Positions 1 through 12,404 of a DNA stretch of 64,000 nucleotides are shown here, piece after piece. Numbering within the stretch: position 1 is the first letter of the stretch; the number at the start of each line of letters is the position of its first letter. Under the pieces are notes generated by a model. It saw only the letters and a list, made by a program, of their open reading frames with translations. It had not been told where the DNA came from and did no database searches. This DNA is from Octopus sinensis (lineage: Eukaryota). Both the position numbers and the translations under genes were made by a program. Location of the stretch: positions 11,160,001 to 11,224,000 of the forward strand of contig NC_043020.1 of assembly GCF_006345805.1 (NCBI RefSeq), written 5' to 3'.

Positions 1-92
1 AGGTGCAGCTGTGAGCGTGGACGCCAACTCCGCCGCCATCGACATACGATGCATTTTATGCATTAAAATGGAATAAAAATTGATGTTAAATT
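1..92 (-). mobile_element. Internal fragment of the same Helitron family
   Basis: Matches about 21295-21380. Confidence 0.7.
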
Positions 93-210
93 GATGTTCT
101 GGGTTCAGTCCCACTGCGTGGCACCATGGGCAAGTGTCTTCTACTATAGCCTCGGGCCAACCAAAGCCTTGTGAGTGGATTTGGGAGACGGAAACTGAAA
201 GAAGCCCGTC

Positions 211-242
<32 letters not shown>

Positions 243-1304
243 TTGTGTGTCTGTGTTTGTCCCCCTAGCATTGCTTGACAACCGATGCTGGTGTGTTTAT
301 GTCCCCGTCACTTAGTGGTTCGGCAAAACAGACCGATAGACTAAGTACTGGGCTTACAAAGAATAAGTGCCGGGGTTGAGTTGCTCAATTAAAGGCGGTG
401 CTCCAGCATGGCCACAGTCAAATGACTGAAACAAGTAAAAGAGTAAAAGAGTAAAGAGTAGTTGGAACTATAATTCCAAAACTTACAGGGAAAAATTCAA
501 TTTAACAATTTTAAATAAAATTTCACAATATATAATATATATATATAATATATAATATATATATACAATATATAATATATATATAAAATTTCACAATATA
601 TAATATATATATATAATTTAGAGAAAAAGCACCCAGTACATTCTTTGGAGTAGCTGGTATCATGAAGGGCATCCAGCTGTAGAAATCATGCTAGACCCTA
701 CAATGGAACCCGGTAAGGTAATTGTCCTAACCAGGTCCAGTGGAATCGTCCAACCCAACCAAAATGAATGTTGAATGATGATGATTGATACATACATACA
801 TACATACATACATACATACATACATACATGCATGCATGCATGCATGCATGCATGTATGTATGTATGTATATATAATTTAGAGAAAAACCACTATTAAACA
901 ATTCAATAAAGAAAGATGTTATTCACACCATATAGAAATCATATACTATAAAAATGTATTCATGCTAGACCCTACAATGGAACCCGGTAAGGTAATTGTC
1001 CTAACCAGGTCCAGTGGAATCGTCCAACCCAACCATGGAAAATGAATGTTGAATGATGATGATTGATACATACATACATACATACATACATACATGCATG
1101 CATGCATGCATGCATGCATGTATGTATGTATGTATATATAATTTAGTTTCTACAGCTGGATGCCCTTCATGATACCAGCTACTCCAAAGAATGTACTGGG
1201 TGCTTTTTGTGTGATGTGTGTGTGTGTGTGTGTTTATATGTATATAGGGAAATAATGTATTCTTTTAAACACCCTCACTTTTCATTATTCAATTTCTGTT
1301 GCAG

Positions 1305-1510
1305 GGGAACCGGAGTTTAAATATGTCGCCAACATGCACGGCAACGAAGTGGTTGGACGAGAGATGCTGCTCCAGCTGGCTGTGTACCTGTGCAAGCAAT
1401 ACAAAGCAGGAAACGAGACTATCCAGTGGCTCGTTGACCATACTCGTATACACCTGATGCCGTCGATGAACCCTGATGGGTGGGAATTGGCCCATAAACA
1501 CCTGAAATCT
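1305..1510 (+). CDS. CPE: Carboxypeptidase E-like (M14B), first coding exon in window (internal exon)
   Basis: ttgcag acceptor, gtaagt donor; encodes (G)[19 protein letters not shown]...[11 protein letters not shown] with the zinc-binding HGNE motif; phase 1 in, phase 0 out. Confidence 0.95.
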
Positions 1511-2639
1511 GTAAGTCCAAATTCTCCATCCCAGTTCTACCATTGTCTACCATCTCCATCGTACCACCACATGGTTAGGTGCCACTGTTTTTGTTCTGTC
1601 TGTTTGTTTGTTTTCCTTGTTGCTTTTATCTTTCACTTGTTTCAGTCAATGGATTGTGGTCATACTGGAGTAACTCCAGTACTTATTTGCAGTCCGACAC
1701 TTTCGTTTTCAGAACTGCTATGTGGATGCAAACTAACCAACACTGGTTGTCGAGTGGTAGTAAGGGACAGACACAAAGACTCAGATACATGTATATATGT
1801 GTGTGTATGTGTTTTGTGTGTGTAGTATGTACATACATATGTGTGTGTGTGTTTTGTGTGTGTAGTATGTACATACATATGTGTGTATGTGTATGTGTGT
1901 GTGTGCAAGTGTGGCTGTAGTAAGAAGAAATTGCTGGCCTTGTGCCAAAATTTGAAATCATTACTATTATCAGCACTACAGTGGCAAGCTGGAGAATTTC
2001 TAGCACACTTAGCAAAATGCTTAACAGCATTTTGTCCATCTTTACATTCTGAATTCAAATTCCATCTGGGTCAACTTTGCCTTTCATCCTTTTGGATGTA
2101 CCAGTTACGCACTGGGAGCGATGTAATCGACTTACCCCCTCCTGTAAAACTACTGACCTTGTGCCAAAATTGAAATCATTATTACTATCAGTATTGTTAC
2201 TTATCAGCACGGTTTGAAATAGATATGTGCAATATTCAAGACAACATCTGTCCGTTCTCTCCAAAGTTGTTTGATTGCCGGCATTAAACAGGTTTTAAAA
2301 AGAAATAAAAACAGAATAAACATAGGCGTAGGAGTGGCTGTGTGGTAAGTAGCTAGCTTACCGACCACGTGGTCCCGGGTTCAGTCCCACTGCGTGGCAC
2401 CTTGGGCAAGTGTCTTCTACTATAGCCTCGGGTCAACCAAAGCACAAGGCCAGCAAGTTCTGGGGAGGGGCTAAGTAAATTACACCGACTTCAGTGCTCA
2501 ACTGGTACTTATTTTATCAACCCCAAAATGGACGAAAGACAAACTCAACCTTGGCACAATTTGAACTCAGAACGTCAAGACAGAAAATGCCACTAAGCAT
2601 TTTGCCCTGCACGCTAAAGATTCTGTCAGCTCATTATCT

Positions 2640-3040
2640 TATATCATCATCATTGTTCGACCGTGGTCGAGACAATGGAATTTACCATGCTACTCCAGAC
2701 TTCATGGTCCATCATAGCATTACGGAAGTCCTGTTGGTGGATGCCTGTATCCCTGGAGATTACATCAGGGTAGGAGAGTGTGCGCCCTCTGGTATTGCAA
2801 GAAGAGTAGAAATTGCCTCGTTTTCAGCTCTAGAACAATGTCCAGCAAACTGGACTCTCCTACCTTTCACAAGAGATGACACAGGTGGTAGTTTCCCATA
2901 TATTTGCATTTTGGTTGGATGACGTTTCCACAAGAGATTTTGAGCTCTCATAAGGAGGCGAGTGTAGGTTCCATCCAACCGCCTCTCAAGCTTCTTTGAT
3001 AACGTCCAGGTTTCTGAGCCACATAGTAGAATTGGTTCGA
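2640..3040 (-). pseudogene. RTE-like LINE 3' fragment
   Basis: LDGTYTRLLMRAQN..W..HPT...YGKLPPVS...RRVQFAGHC; GAT-repeat tail. Confidence 0.75.
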
Positions 3041-3820
3041 CTGTGGCTTTGAAGATTTATATAGCTATAAATGTGGATTTCAAATTTTGGCACAAAGCCA
3101 GCAATTTTGGGGCAGGGGCTGAGTCAGTTGCATCTACCCCAGAATTCAACTGGTACACGTTTTATCGACCCCGAAAGGATGAAAACCAAAGTCAACCTCA
3201 GCAGAATTTGAACTCAGAACATAAAGACAGCCGAAACCTCACTAACAAGTCTGCCAGCTTGCTGCATTATACAGATATAGATATTGATTATTGATCTGCT
3301 TAGGACCTGTTCCCAATTTACGTGGGGTTACAGGGGACGTGAAACCTGATACTCAGCTAATTTCTTGGGTGCAGTAGGATCTGAACGCTTGCAACTGTAT
3401 GAACTCAGTTGAAGGCACCAGTCCAAGGGAGACAACCAAGTTGTGGTATGGGAAAGCGAACGATAGGATAAGTTTAGAAACCCTGCCTGTACGTTTTGTA
3501 GTAATTTTGTGGTTTATACACTCTTACCAGTTTCAGTCATTTGACTGTGGCCATGCTGGAGCACCGCCTTTAGTCGAGCAAACAGACCCCAGGACTTATT
3601 CTTTGTTTGCAAGCCTAGTACTTATTCTGTTGGTCCCTTTTGCCAAACTACTAAGTTATGGGGATGTAAAGCATCAGCATCGGTTGTCAAGCGATGTTCG
3701 GGGGGACAAACATAGACACACAAACATATACACACACATACATCAAAATGTGACCGCATGTGTACCGTTGGCGATTTTTTTCCCGCCGTCTTCCCTTCCT
3801 TGGATCTTTCCTTTTCCTAT

Positions 3821-3855
3821 GTTTCTGACGAAGAGCTCTGCTCGAAACATTAAAT
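3821..3855 (+). ncRNA. Minimal hammerhead motif, stem III palindrome mutated
   Basis: gttt-CTGACGA-a-gagc(tct)gctc-GAAAC-att-aaat. Confidence 0.55.
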
Positions 3856-4525
3856 AACACTATACTTGTTCCACGTCCAATAACACTACTTGAGCGTTCA
3901 ATAACACTATACTTGTTCCACGTCCTCGTGTTGGTGTGTTTTCTCTCTGTGTTTTCATGTTTGGATTAACTTTATATATATATATATATATACATACATA
4001 TATACGACGGACTTCTTTCAGTTTCCATCTACCAAATCCACTCACAAGGCTTTGGTTGGCCCGAGGCTATAGAAGAAGACACTTGCCCAAAGTGCCAGGC
4101 AGTGGGACTGAACCCGGAATCATGTGGTTGGTAAGCAAGCTACTTACCACACAGCCACTCGAAACAACCATAAACTTTTTTATGTTTTTATACACATCGT
4201 TCGATTTGAGTTACATACAAATGTTATTTGAAAGCAGATACGTAACGAAACCACAAGACACCCTTAATGGTGATTATATGCTGCAGCAGAGAGACTAATA
4301 AATGAAGGCAGCTGTTGACTTGATGTGTTTAAGTTACGGAGTTTATGGCATCCAGGAGAAATGACATAAAAGGCTGCAGTGGACATGTTAATAATCCCGA
4401 ACAGAAATATGACGAGTAGCATATGGCTCAACCATAATTGCAAGAGCTTTGCTTTTCAAAACCTTCTCATATTTAACACTTCAACATTCAAAATACTCTG
4501 TCAAATGTAATGCTTATTCATTTAA

Positions 4526-5159
4526 CCCTTTAGTATTTAAACCGGCCATATCCGGCCAAAATATTTAATCTGTTTTATGTTCAAACTGACCAGATCCAGG
4601 CCCTCACACCTACCCTACAATGTTATTCTACATTAAGTAATTACACCATCAAGATCTTGAAGATATGAGATAATGCATGATTAATTCAAATCAATGGGAA
4701 TCAATTAACATTATGTTTGATAGAATAATCTGAACACTAGGGTTAAACCGGCCAAATCCGGCCCAATATATTTTACGTTTTATATTCAAACTGGCGATAT
4801 CTAGCCTCTCACTCCTAACCTACAATGCCATTCTGAAAATAAACAATCACATCATTGAAACCTCAAAACTATAAGATAATGCATAATTAATTCAAAACAA
4901 ATTTGAGTGAAAAAGTATTACATTTAACAGAGTATTCTGAACACTAAAGGGTTAAACCGGCCATATCTGGCCAAAATATTTAATCTGTTTTACGTTCAAA
5001 CTGACCAGATCCAGGCTCTCACACCTACCCTACAATGTTATTCTACATGAAGTAATTACACCATCAAGATCTTGAAGATATGAGATAATGCATGACTAAT
5101 TCAAATCAATGTGAATCAATAAGCATTATGTTTGATAGAATAATCGGAACACTAAAGGG
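4526..5159. mobile_element. TTAA-flanked (piggyBac-type) MITE, three fused units
   Basis: ttaa-CCCTTTAG...CTAAAGGG-ttaa; about 215-bp units. Confidence 0.8.
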
Positions 5160-6505
5160 TTAAATTGTTTTAAATTAATCATGAAAGTGCATGGTTCAGT
5201 GGTCAGAGCGTAGAGCTTACAATCGTGAGGTTGTGAGTTCGATTCCCAGACCGGGCTGTGTGTTGTGTTCTTGAGCAAGACTCTTTATTTCACGTTGCTC
5301 CAGTTCACTCAGCTGCAGAAATGAGTTGCGACATCACTGGTGCCAAGCTGTATCGGCCCCCTTTGCCTTTCCCTTGGATAACATCAGTGGTGCGGAGAAG
5401 GGAGGCTGGTATGCATGGGCGACTGCTAGCCTTGCTCAAACAATCTTGCCCTGACCTCGGAGGGTAACTTTCTAGGGGTTAGGATTAGGGTTATTAATCA
5501 TGAATTATCTTGAAACTTCAAAATTTTGATGATGCAAATATTTTACTTTTAGCATTGTAGGGTATGTGCAAGAGGCTGGATCTGATCTGTCTGAGTACAA
5601 AACAGGTGGAGAATTTGGGCTGGACATGATTGGTTTGAATGCTAATGAGTTAATAGTGGTTTCAAATTTTGGCACAAAGTCAGCAATTTTAGGGGTTAGG
5701 ATTAGGGTTGTTTGATTACATCAGTGGTTCTTGACTGGGGTCTATATGGCCCTTGGAGGCACTTATAAGATTTTGATGTTAAAATTTATCTGCAATAAAC
5801 TCGTTATACTTCTATGATACACAAAACATTTTAATAATTATTTTTTTGTACAATTTATCTTTTACTTGTTTCAGTCATTAGACTGTGGCCATGCTGGGGC
5901 ACTGGCTTGAAGAATTTTTAGTTCAATAAATTGAGCCCAGTACTTATGTTTTTCTTCAAACCCTGGTACTTATTCTATCAGTTTCTCATGCCAAACTGCT
6001 AAGTTACTTGTTGGATCAGTGTCCTCCAGTCAGTTCTATCCTGGGCTGCTTCTTTCAGATTGGCCATGTCCATTCCGGTATCACTCTTGATGATGTCAAG
6101 CCATATATATATGTATATATATATATATATACTGTTGTGTCTGGGGAGAGTCATTCTCTTTTAGTGCCTTATTATTTAACACTCTCACCGGTAAAATTTC
6201 CACTTATTTCTTATTTTATTTTCCTAAAATTCTCATTGAGTTTTGCTACCTTTTCAATAGTCTTGATACATTATAAGGCACAAAAAGAAAATGACTCTTC
6301 CCAGACACAACAGAATATACTTCAACACACGAACTCATATAAAGAATCTTGCAAACCAAATCCCAAAATGAAATATATATATAGCTTTCCTCATCTATTT
6401 CATCTCTCTCTCTGTCTTTCTGTACCAAACACAACCTTTTCCAAGCTATCACTACCTCTGTACCTATTGAGTCATCTGCTTTCACTCTATATTTTATTTC
6501 CACAG

Positions 6506-6664
6506 ACTGGTAGAGAAGACTGGTTAATTGGTCGTGCCAATGCCAACAAAGTTGATTTAAATCGAAACTTTCCTGACCTCAACAACATCGTCTATGAAAA
6601 CGAGCAGACTCATGGAGCAAACAACCACCTCGAGAAGTTGGCATATGCATTGATAACACCAGAC
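6506..6664 (+). CDS. CPE: CPE-like exon
   Basis: ccacag/gtaagt boundaries; [25 protein letters not shown]...TPD with the DLNRNFP motif; 159 bp, phase 0/0. Confidence 0.95.
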
Positions 6665-7734
6665 GTAAGTAAATTTCTCCTTTAACCTTATATATATATA
6701 TATATATATCACCGTGACCGACCAGGCTATCAGATGTTGCTAAGCATCGCTGGTCACAATGCGCTTTGCATTGTTTAAGCCTTCAAATGACGCCACCCCG
6801 CTGGCTAAGCGAGCAGGCCAACAGAAGAAAGAGTGAGAGGAAGTTGTGGGGAAAGAATACAGCAGGGATCGCCCCCCCCCCCCTGCTGGAGCCTCGTGGT
6901 GCTTTAGGTGTTTTCGCTCAATAAACTCTCACAATGCCCAGTCTGGGAATCGAAACCGCGATTCTACAACCGCAAGTCCGCTGCCCTAACCACTGGGCCA
7001 TTGCGCCTCCATATATATATATATATATATTCTTTTGTTCTGTTATTAATTTCAGTGATTGAACTGTGGTCATACTGGAGTACCACCTCTAAACGGTTTT
7101 TTTGTCAGTTCTATCAATGGCAGTATCTCTATTGGCTTTGTACATCTATCCTTGTTTATCACTGATTTCCTTCATCCAAAAATCAAAATCACATTTGATG
7201 ACTGGCATCCGTACTAACGGGGTGCAAAGAGCACCATACGAGCATGATCGTTGACAGAGCGGCTAACCGGCTTCCATGCCAGTGGCACATAAAAGGCACC
7301 ATTCGAGTGTGATCGTTACCAGCGTCGCCTTACTGGCACTTGTGCCTGTGCTAGTAGGGTGCCAAGAGCACCATCCGAGCATGATTGTTGCCAGAGCAGC
7401 CAACTGGCTTCCGTGCCGGTGGCACATAAAAGGGCACCATTTGAGCGTGATCGTTACGAAAGTCGCCTTACTGGCACCAGTGCCGGTGGCATGAGTAAAA
7501 AGATTCGAGCGAGGACGTTGCCAGTACTGCCTGACTGGCCCCCGTGCTGGTGGCACATAAAAAACACCCACTACACTCTCGCAGTGGTTGGTGTTAGGAA
7601 GGGCATCCAGCTGTAGAAACTCTGCCATATCAAGATTGGAGCCTGGTGCAGCCAATTGGTTTGCCAGCCCTCAGTCAAAATCGTCCAACCCATGCTAGCA
7701 TGGAAAGCGGACGTTAAACAGTGATGATGATTAA

Positions 7735-8719
7735 TCTATGATAACACTATCCAATCAGTTGTGAAATATGTTCTACTTGCCATGAATTGATAACACAATG
7801 TGATGACTCGAGTTGATGATCAGTCAAAGATTCTGCTTGAACTGCAAAAGCATACCCCAGTGACCTTTAAAATGGAAGATAAGAAGGTTAATTTTCGGCA
7901 CCTGATGCTTTGGCAACCAGACAAAAATTGCTACAGCTCGGCCGGGATGTGTTACTCCACCCTCCGTATTCACCAGATATTGCTCCTTTGGATTTCCACT
8001 TATTCAGTTCTCTGCAGAATAGTTTTAATGGTAAAAATGTCAATTCCTTGGATGACGTAAAAAGATACCTTGATGAATTCTTTGCCATGAAACCACCTCA
8101 ATTCTGGGAAGAGGGTATTTTCAAGTTAAAGGAAAGATGAAGACGCATTGTGCAACAAAATGGTTCATATTTCATCATCATTTAGCATCCGCTTTCCATA
8201 CTAGCATGGGTTGGATGGTTCAACTGGGGTCTGGGAAGCCAGAAGGCTGCACCAGGCCCAGTCTGATCTGGCAATGTTTCTACGGCTGGATGCCCTTCCT
8301 AATGCCAACCACTCCGTGAGTGTAGTGGGTGCTTTTTACGTGCCAGACAAGGCTGGCAAACAGCCACGATCGGATGGTGCTTTTTACGTGTCACCAGCAC
8401 AGAGGCAGTTGGGGCAGCGCTGGCAATGGCCACCGGCACTGGTATCACAGCTACGATTTCCATTGATGTTGATCGATTTTGATTTTGTTTTTGATTTTGT
8501 TTTGGTTGATTAAAAATGTAGTGGCAAGTATTAGGTTGTCCCAAAAGTTCGTAAACACTTGCGAAAATTGACTATAACAATATAAACCCAAATAAACAAT
8601 TAAAAATTGCATAAAAATTCAAATTTTCGCAAGGTTTTTACGAACTTTTGGGACAACCTTATATTTATTGACCTTTTTCTTTCCTTTAAAAATCGGCACG
8701 TACTTTCCAGACAACCCAA
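7735..8719 (+). mobile_element. Internally deleted mariner transposon, nested with other insertions
   Basis: MEDKKVNFRHLMLW (ATG 7872) joined to ATRQKLLQLGRDVLLHPPYSPDIAPLDFHLF...; 3' TIR ...gacaacccaa plus TA at 8720; 5' TIR not found. Confidence 0.85.
8531..8661. mobile_element. Mariner-type MITE
   Basis: TIR ttaggttgtcccaaaagttcgtaa and its near reverse complement, TA target duplication. Confidence 0.8.
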
Positions 8720-8798
8720 TATTTTTATCTCAGTCAATGTCACCAGTATAGCACTTATCCTACCTTAATTCCAGTTGATGATATACTTCAACGATTGT

Positions 8799-8843
8799 CA
8801 CACGCTGATGAAAGGTAAACACCTTGAAACTCGGGTACGTGTG
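8799..8843 (+). ncRNA. Minimal type I hammerhead ribozyme, intact core
   Basis: Stem I cacacg/cgtgtg, CTGATGA, stem II aaggt-aaac-acctt, GAAA, stem III AC-tcgg-GT, GUA cleavage triplet ending 8837. Confidence 0.85.
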
Positions 8844-9059
8844 TATCATGTGTTGAAGACGGGGAGGATGACTCCCCTTCACAAATACTGACAGGACACA
8901 GGTAGTGTGTCTATAGCCAGCTGGAGGAGATATCTTCCTGGGGCTACAAACTACAGTAGCATCCACCCTTATGGGTTAGCCATATTCAAATGGCATATAT
9001 GCATCACAAAGTAAAAAACATTTACAGCCTAAGAATGTTTATAATTTCTTTCTTTGCAG

Positions 9060-9223
9060 CTAGAGTCGGAGACAAAGACAGTTATGAAATGGCTGAGTGC
9101 TTACCCATTTGTCCTGTCAGCTAATCTGCACGGTGGTGACTTGGTAGCTAACTACCCATATGATCTGACCCGCAGTGGTAAACAAAAAGAGTACAGTATC
9201 AGCCCCGATGATGCGACCTTCAG
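9060..9223 (+). CDS. CPE: CPE-like exon
   Basis: ttgcag/gttggt boundaries; [12 protein letters not shown]...[16 protein letters not shown]...SPDDATF(R) with the third zinc ligand His; phase 0/2. Confidence 0.95.
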
Positions 9224-10398
9224 GTTGGTTCACTTCTAGATTTTCTGGCCGGGGTTTCATTTGTTTGGTTGCAGCTTTGGTGATGTGACATCCATATTCA
9301 ACAGAACAAATCTCTGGAATCCCTTTACACACACGAACAAACATATATATTTCTTTACTACCCACAAGGGGCTAAACACAGAGAGGACAAACAACGACAG
9401 ACAAACGAATTAAGTCGATTATATCGACCCCAGTGCGTAACTGGTACTTATTTAATTGACCCCGAGAGGATGAAAGGCAAAGTCGACCTAGGCGGAATTT
9501 GAACTCAGAACGTAGCGGCAGACGAAATACCGCTAAGCATTTCGCCCGGCGTGCTAATATTTCTGCCAGTTTGCCACGAACAAACATATTATCATCATCA
9601 TCATTAACACCCGCTTTTCCATGATTGCATGTGTTGGTGGAGTTTATTGAAGCAGATTTTCTGTGACCAAATGCCTTTCTTGTTGCCAACTCTCATCTTT
9701 TCCAAGCAAGGTAATATTTCCCCATGGCCGGACATATTTTCATGGAATATTAGAAATGAATGACACTGCTTGTATGACAGTGATACTCGTTTACAATTAT
9801 CACATGATGTCAAGACGCGGAGACACAAGCCTACACATGCACTTAAACACACACACACACATGCCCATTTATATCATAATTATCACCACTGTTTTAACGT
9901 CCACTTTTTTATGCTGGCATGGGTTGGACAGAATTTAAAGGTGGCAAACTGGCAGAAATATTAGTACGCCGGGCGTAATGCTTAGCGGTATTTCATCTGA
10001 CTTTACATTCTGAGTTCAAATTCCGTCGAGCTTGACTTTGCCTCTCATCCTTTCAGGGTCGATAAATTAAGTACCAGTTACGCACTGGGGTCGGTGTAAT
10101 TGACTTAATCCCTTTGTCTGTCCTTGTTTGTCCCCTCTATGTTTAGCCCCTTGTGAGCAATAAAGAAATAAGAATTTAAGGTGGATTTTCCTCAGCCGAA
10201 ACTCTCTCCCATTTCCAAATAAGATAACATTCCCTATGACCAGACATGTTTTCTCAGAAGATGATGGTAATATTTATGTCCAACTATCACATGAAATCAA
10301 AGCAAGGCGCCAGTGACACACATGCACAGACACATAAACACGCAACAAACTTCTTTCACTTTCCATTTACCAAATCTACTCACAAGGCTTTGGTTGGC

Positions 10399-10865
10399 CT
10401 GGAAGTAGAGTACTTTACTTGTACGAGCTGGTTTCTTCTCTGGTCCTAACAGCATCACGAACCATGGCAGCCCACGCTCGATGGTCCCATGCGAAGTCAC
10501 TGGAGATAGTGAGCCATTCGCGGTTCCATCTGCGCAAACTGACCACCTGCGGACCTGAGAGTTCGGAGAGGTCCTTCTTTATCGTCGTTGCCCAGGTCTT
10601 CAGCTGCCCGCTCGTGCGTTTGCTCCAGCTGGGAAGTGGAGGTGGGAGGAGGACATCGCGAATCAGCTCACCCTCTGGATGCTGGGCCGTGTGACCGAAC
10701 CACCTTAAGTGCCGTTTATAGAAGCACCGAAGGGAGGGGCCGGAGATTCAGGCGATGACGAAACACCTCCAGCCTTCGCTGACCGACTACCCTCATAGGC
10801 CATGTTTCACAACCATTGAGGAAGATAGTACAAACGACGGCCTGGTAGATTCGCCCTTTGGTCAC
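10399..10865 (-). pseudogene. RTE-clade LINE 3' fragment
   Basis: IYQAVVCTIFLNGCETWPMRVVGQRRLEVF post-RT motif. Confidence 0.75.
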
Positions 10866-11039
10866 CGGTGAGCAGTAGAGTAGAAGACACTTGCTCAAGC
10901 TACCATTCAGTGAAGTTGAACCTGAAACCACATGGTTGGAAACTATTTACTACATAGCCATGCCTGCATCTGTTTATAGTCATTAAACTGTGGCCATGCT
11001 GTGATACGATCTTGTCAACAAATCAACCGCAGTACTTTA

Positions 11040-12050
11040 TTTTTTTCCTGTAAAGCCTGGTACTCATTCTATCACTTTCTTTTGCCAAACGACTAAGTTT
11101 TAGGTAAATAAACTCACGAACACTGGTTGTCAAGTGGAATGGGACACACTCATACACACACACACATACTTACAATGGGTTTCTTTCAGTTTCCGTCTAC
11201 AAAACCCTCTCTCGTGGCTTTGGTCAACTCGAAGCTATGCCTTGCAGTGGAATTTGAAATCGGAACCATGTGGTCGGAAAGCAGCCTTCTTACCAACACA
11301 GCCATGCTTCCACCCACATTAAATGGTACACACACACAAGCATAATTTAATGACCGTTTTATCCTGCTTCCATGGGACTTTCTTTTGCCAAACAACTAAG
11401 TTTTAGGTAAACGACTAAGTTTTAGGTAAATAAACTCACCAACACTGGTTGTCAATTGGAATGGGACACACTCAAAACACACACACACATACTTACAATG
11501 GGTTTCTTTCAGTTTCCATCTACAAAACCCTCTTTCATGGCTTTGGTCAACTTGAAGCTATGCCTTGCAGTAATGGGATTTGAAATCGGAACCATGTGGT
11601 CGGAAAGCAGCCTTCTTACCAACACAGCCATGCTTGCACCCACATTAAATGGTACACACACACACACACACACACATACTTACAATGGGTTTCTTTCAGT
11701 TTCCATCTACAAAACCCTCTTTCATGGCTTTGGTCAACTTGAAGCTATGCCTTGCAGTAATGGGATTTGAAATCGGAACCATGTGGTCGGAAAGCAGCCT
11801 TCTTACCAACACAGCCATGCTTGCACCCACATTAAATGGTACACACACACACACACACACACATACTTACAATGGGTTTCTTTCATTTTCCATCTACAAA
11901 ACCCTCTTTCATGGCTTTGGTCAACTTGAAGCTATGCCTTGCAGTGGGATTTGAAATCGGAACCATGTGGTCGGAAAGCAGCCTTCTTACCAACACAGCC
12001 ATGCTTCCACCCACATTAAATAGTACATACACACACACACACGAGCACTC
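11040..12050 (-). repeat. Tandem array of four SINE-A-derived units (about 185-190-bp core)
   Basis: Direct near-identical repeats separated by (CA)n. Confidence 0.9.
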
Positions 12051-12067
12051 ACACATGCGTCATTTAA

Positions 12068-12287
12068 CCCTTTAGCATTCAAACCGGCCATATCTGGCCA
12101 AAATATTTAACCTGTTTTATATTGAAACTGACCAGATCTCGCCTCTCACCTCAGCCCTACAATGTCATTCTAAAACTGAAAAATAGCATCACTGAAATCT
12201 CTAAATTACAAGATAATGCATGATTAATTCAAAACAATATAAATAAACAAATATCACATTTGACAGAATAATCTGAACGCTAAAGGG
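12068..12287. mobile_element. piggyBac-type MITE
   Basis: TTAA duplication and CCCTTTAG TIRs. Confidence 0.85.
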
Positions 12288-12404
12288 TTAATGACCGTTT
12301 TATCCTGCTTCCATGGGACTTAACTCAAAACTGTGTGGTTGGGATACATACATACTTCTTAAACTCACAGCCATATATAGCATGGCTAGAGTTGACTGTG
12401 GCAT

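Noticed and set aside
634-722. Apparent upstream CPE exon ending EIMLDPTMEPG/gtaag in the required phase 1
   Set aside because: It is a diverged family-E repeat, is duplicated at 961-1040, and the upstream peptide does not resemble the expected SIGxSVxGRxLxVxEISDxPGxHEPG region.
1511-1825. ORF-track extensions of CPE exons (also 6008-6505)
   Set aside because: Read-through into intron beyond clear GT/AG sites; low complexity and no homology.
5472-5712. Telomere addition sites (ggggttaggattagggtt twice)
   Set aside because: Only about two imperfect TTAGGG units each, adjacent to SINE fragments; insufficient support.
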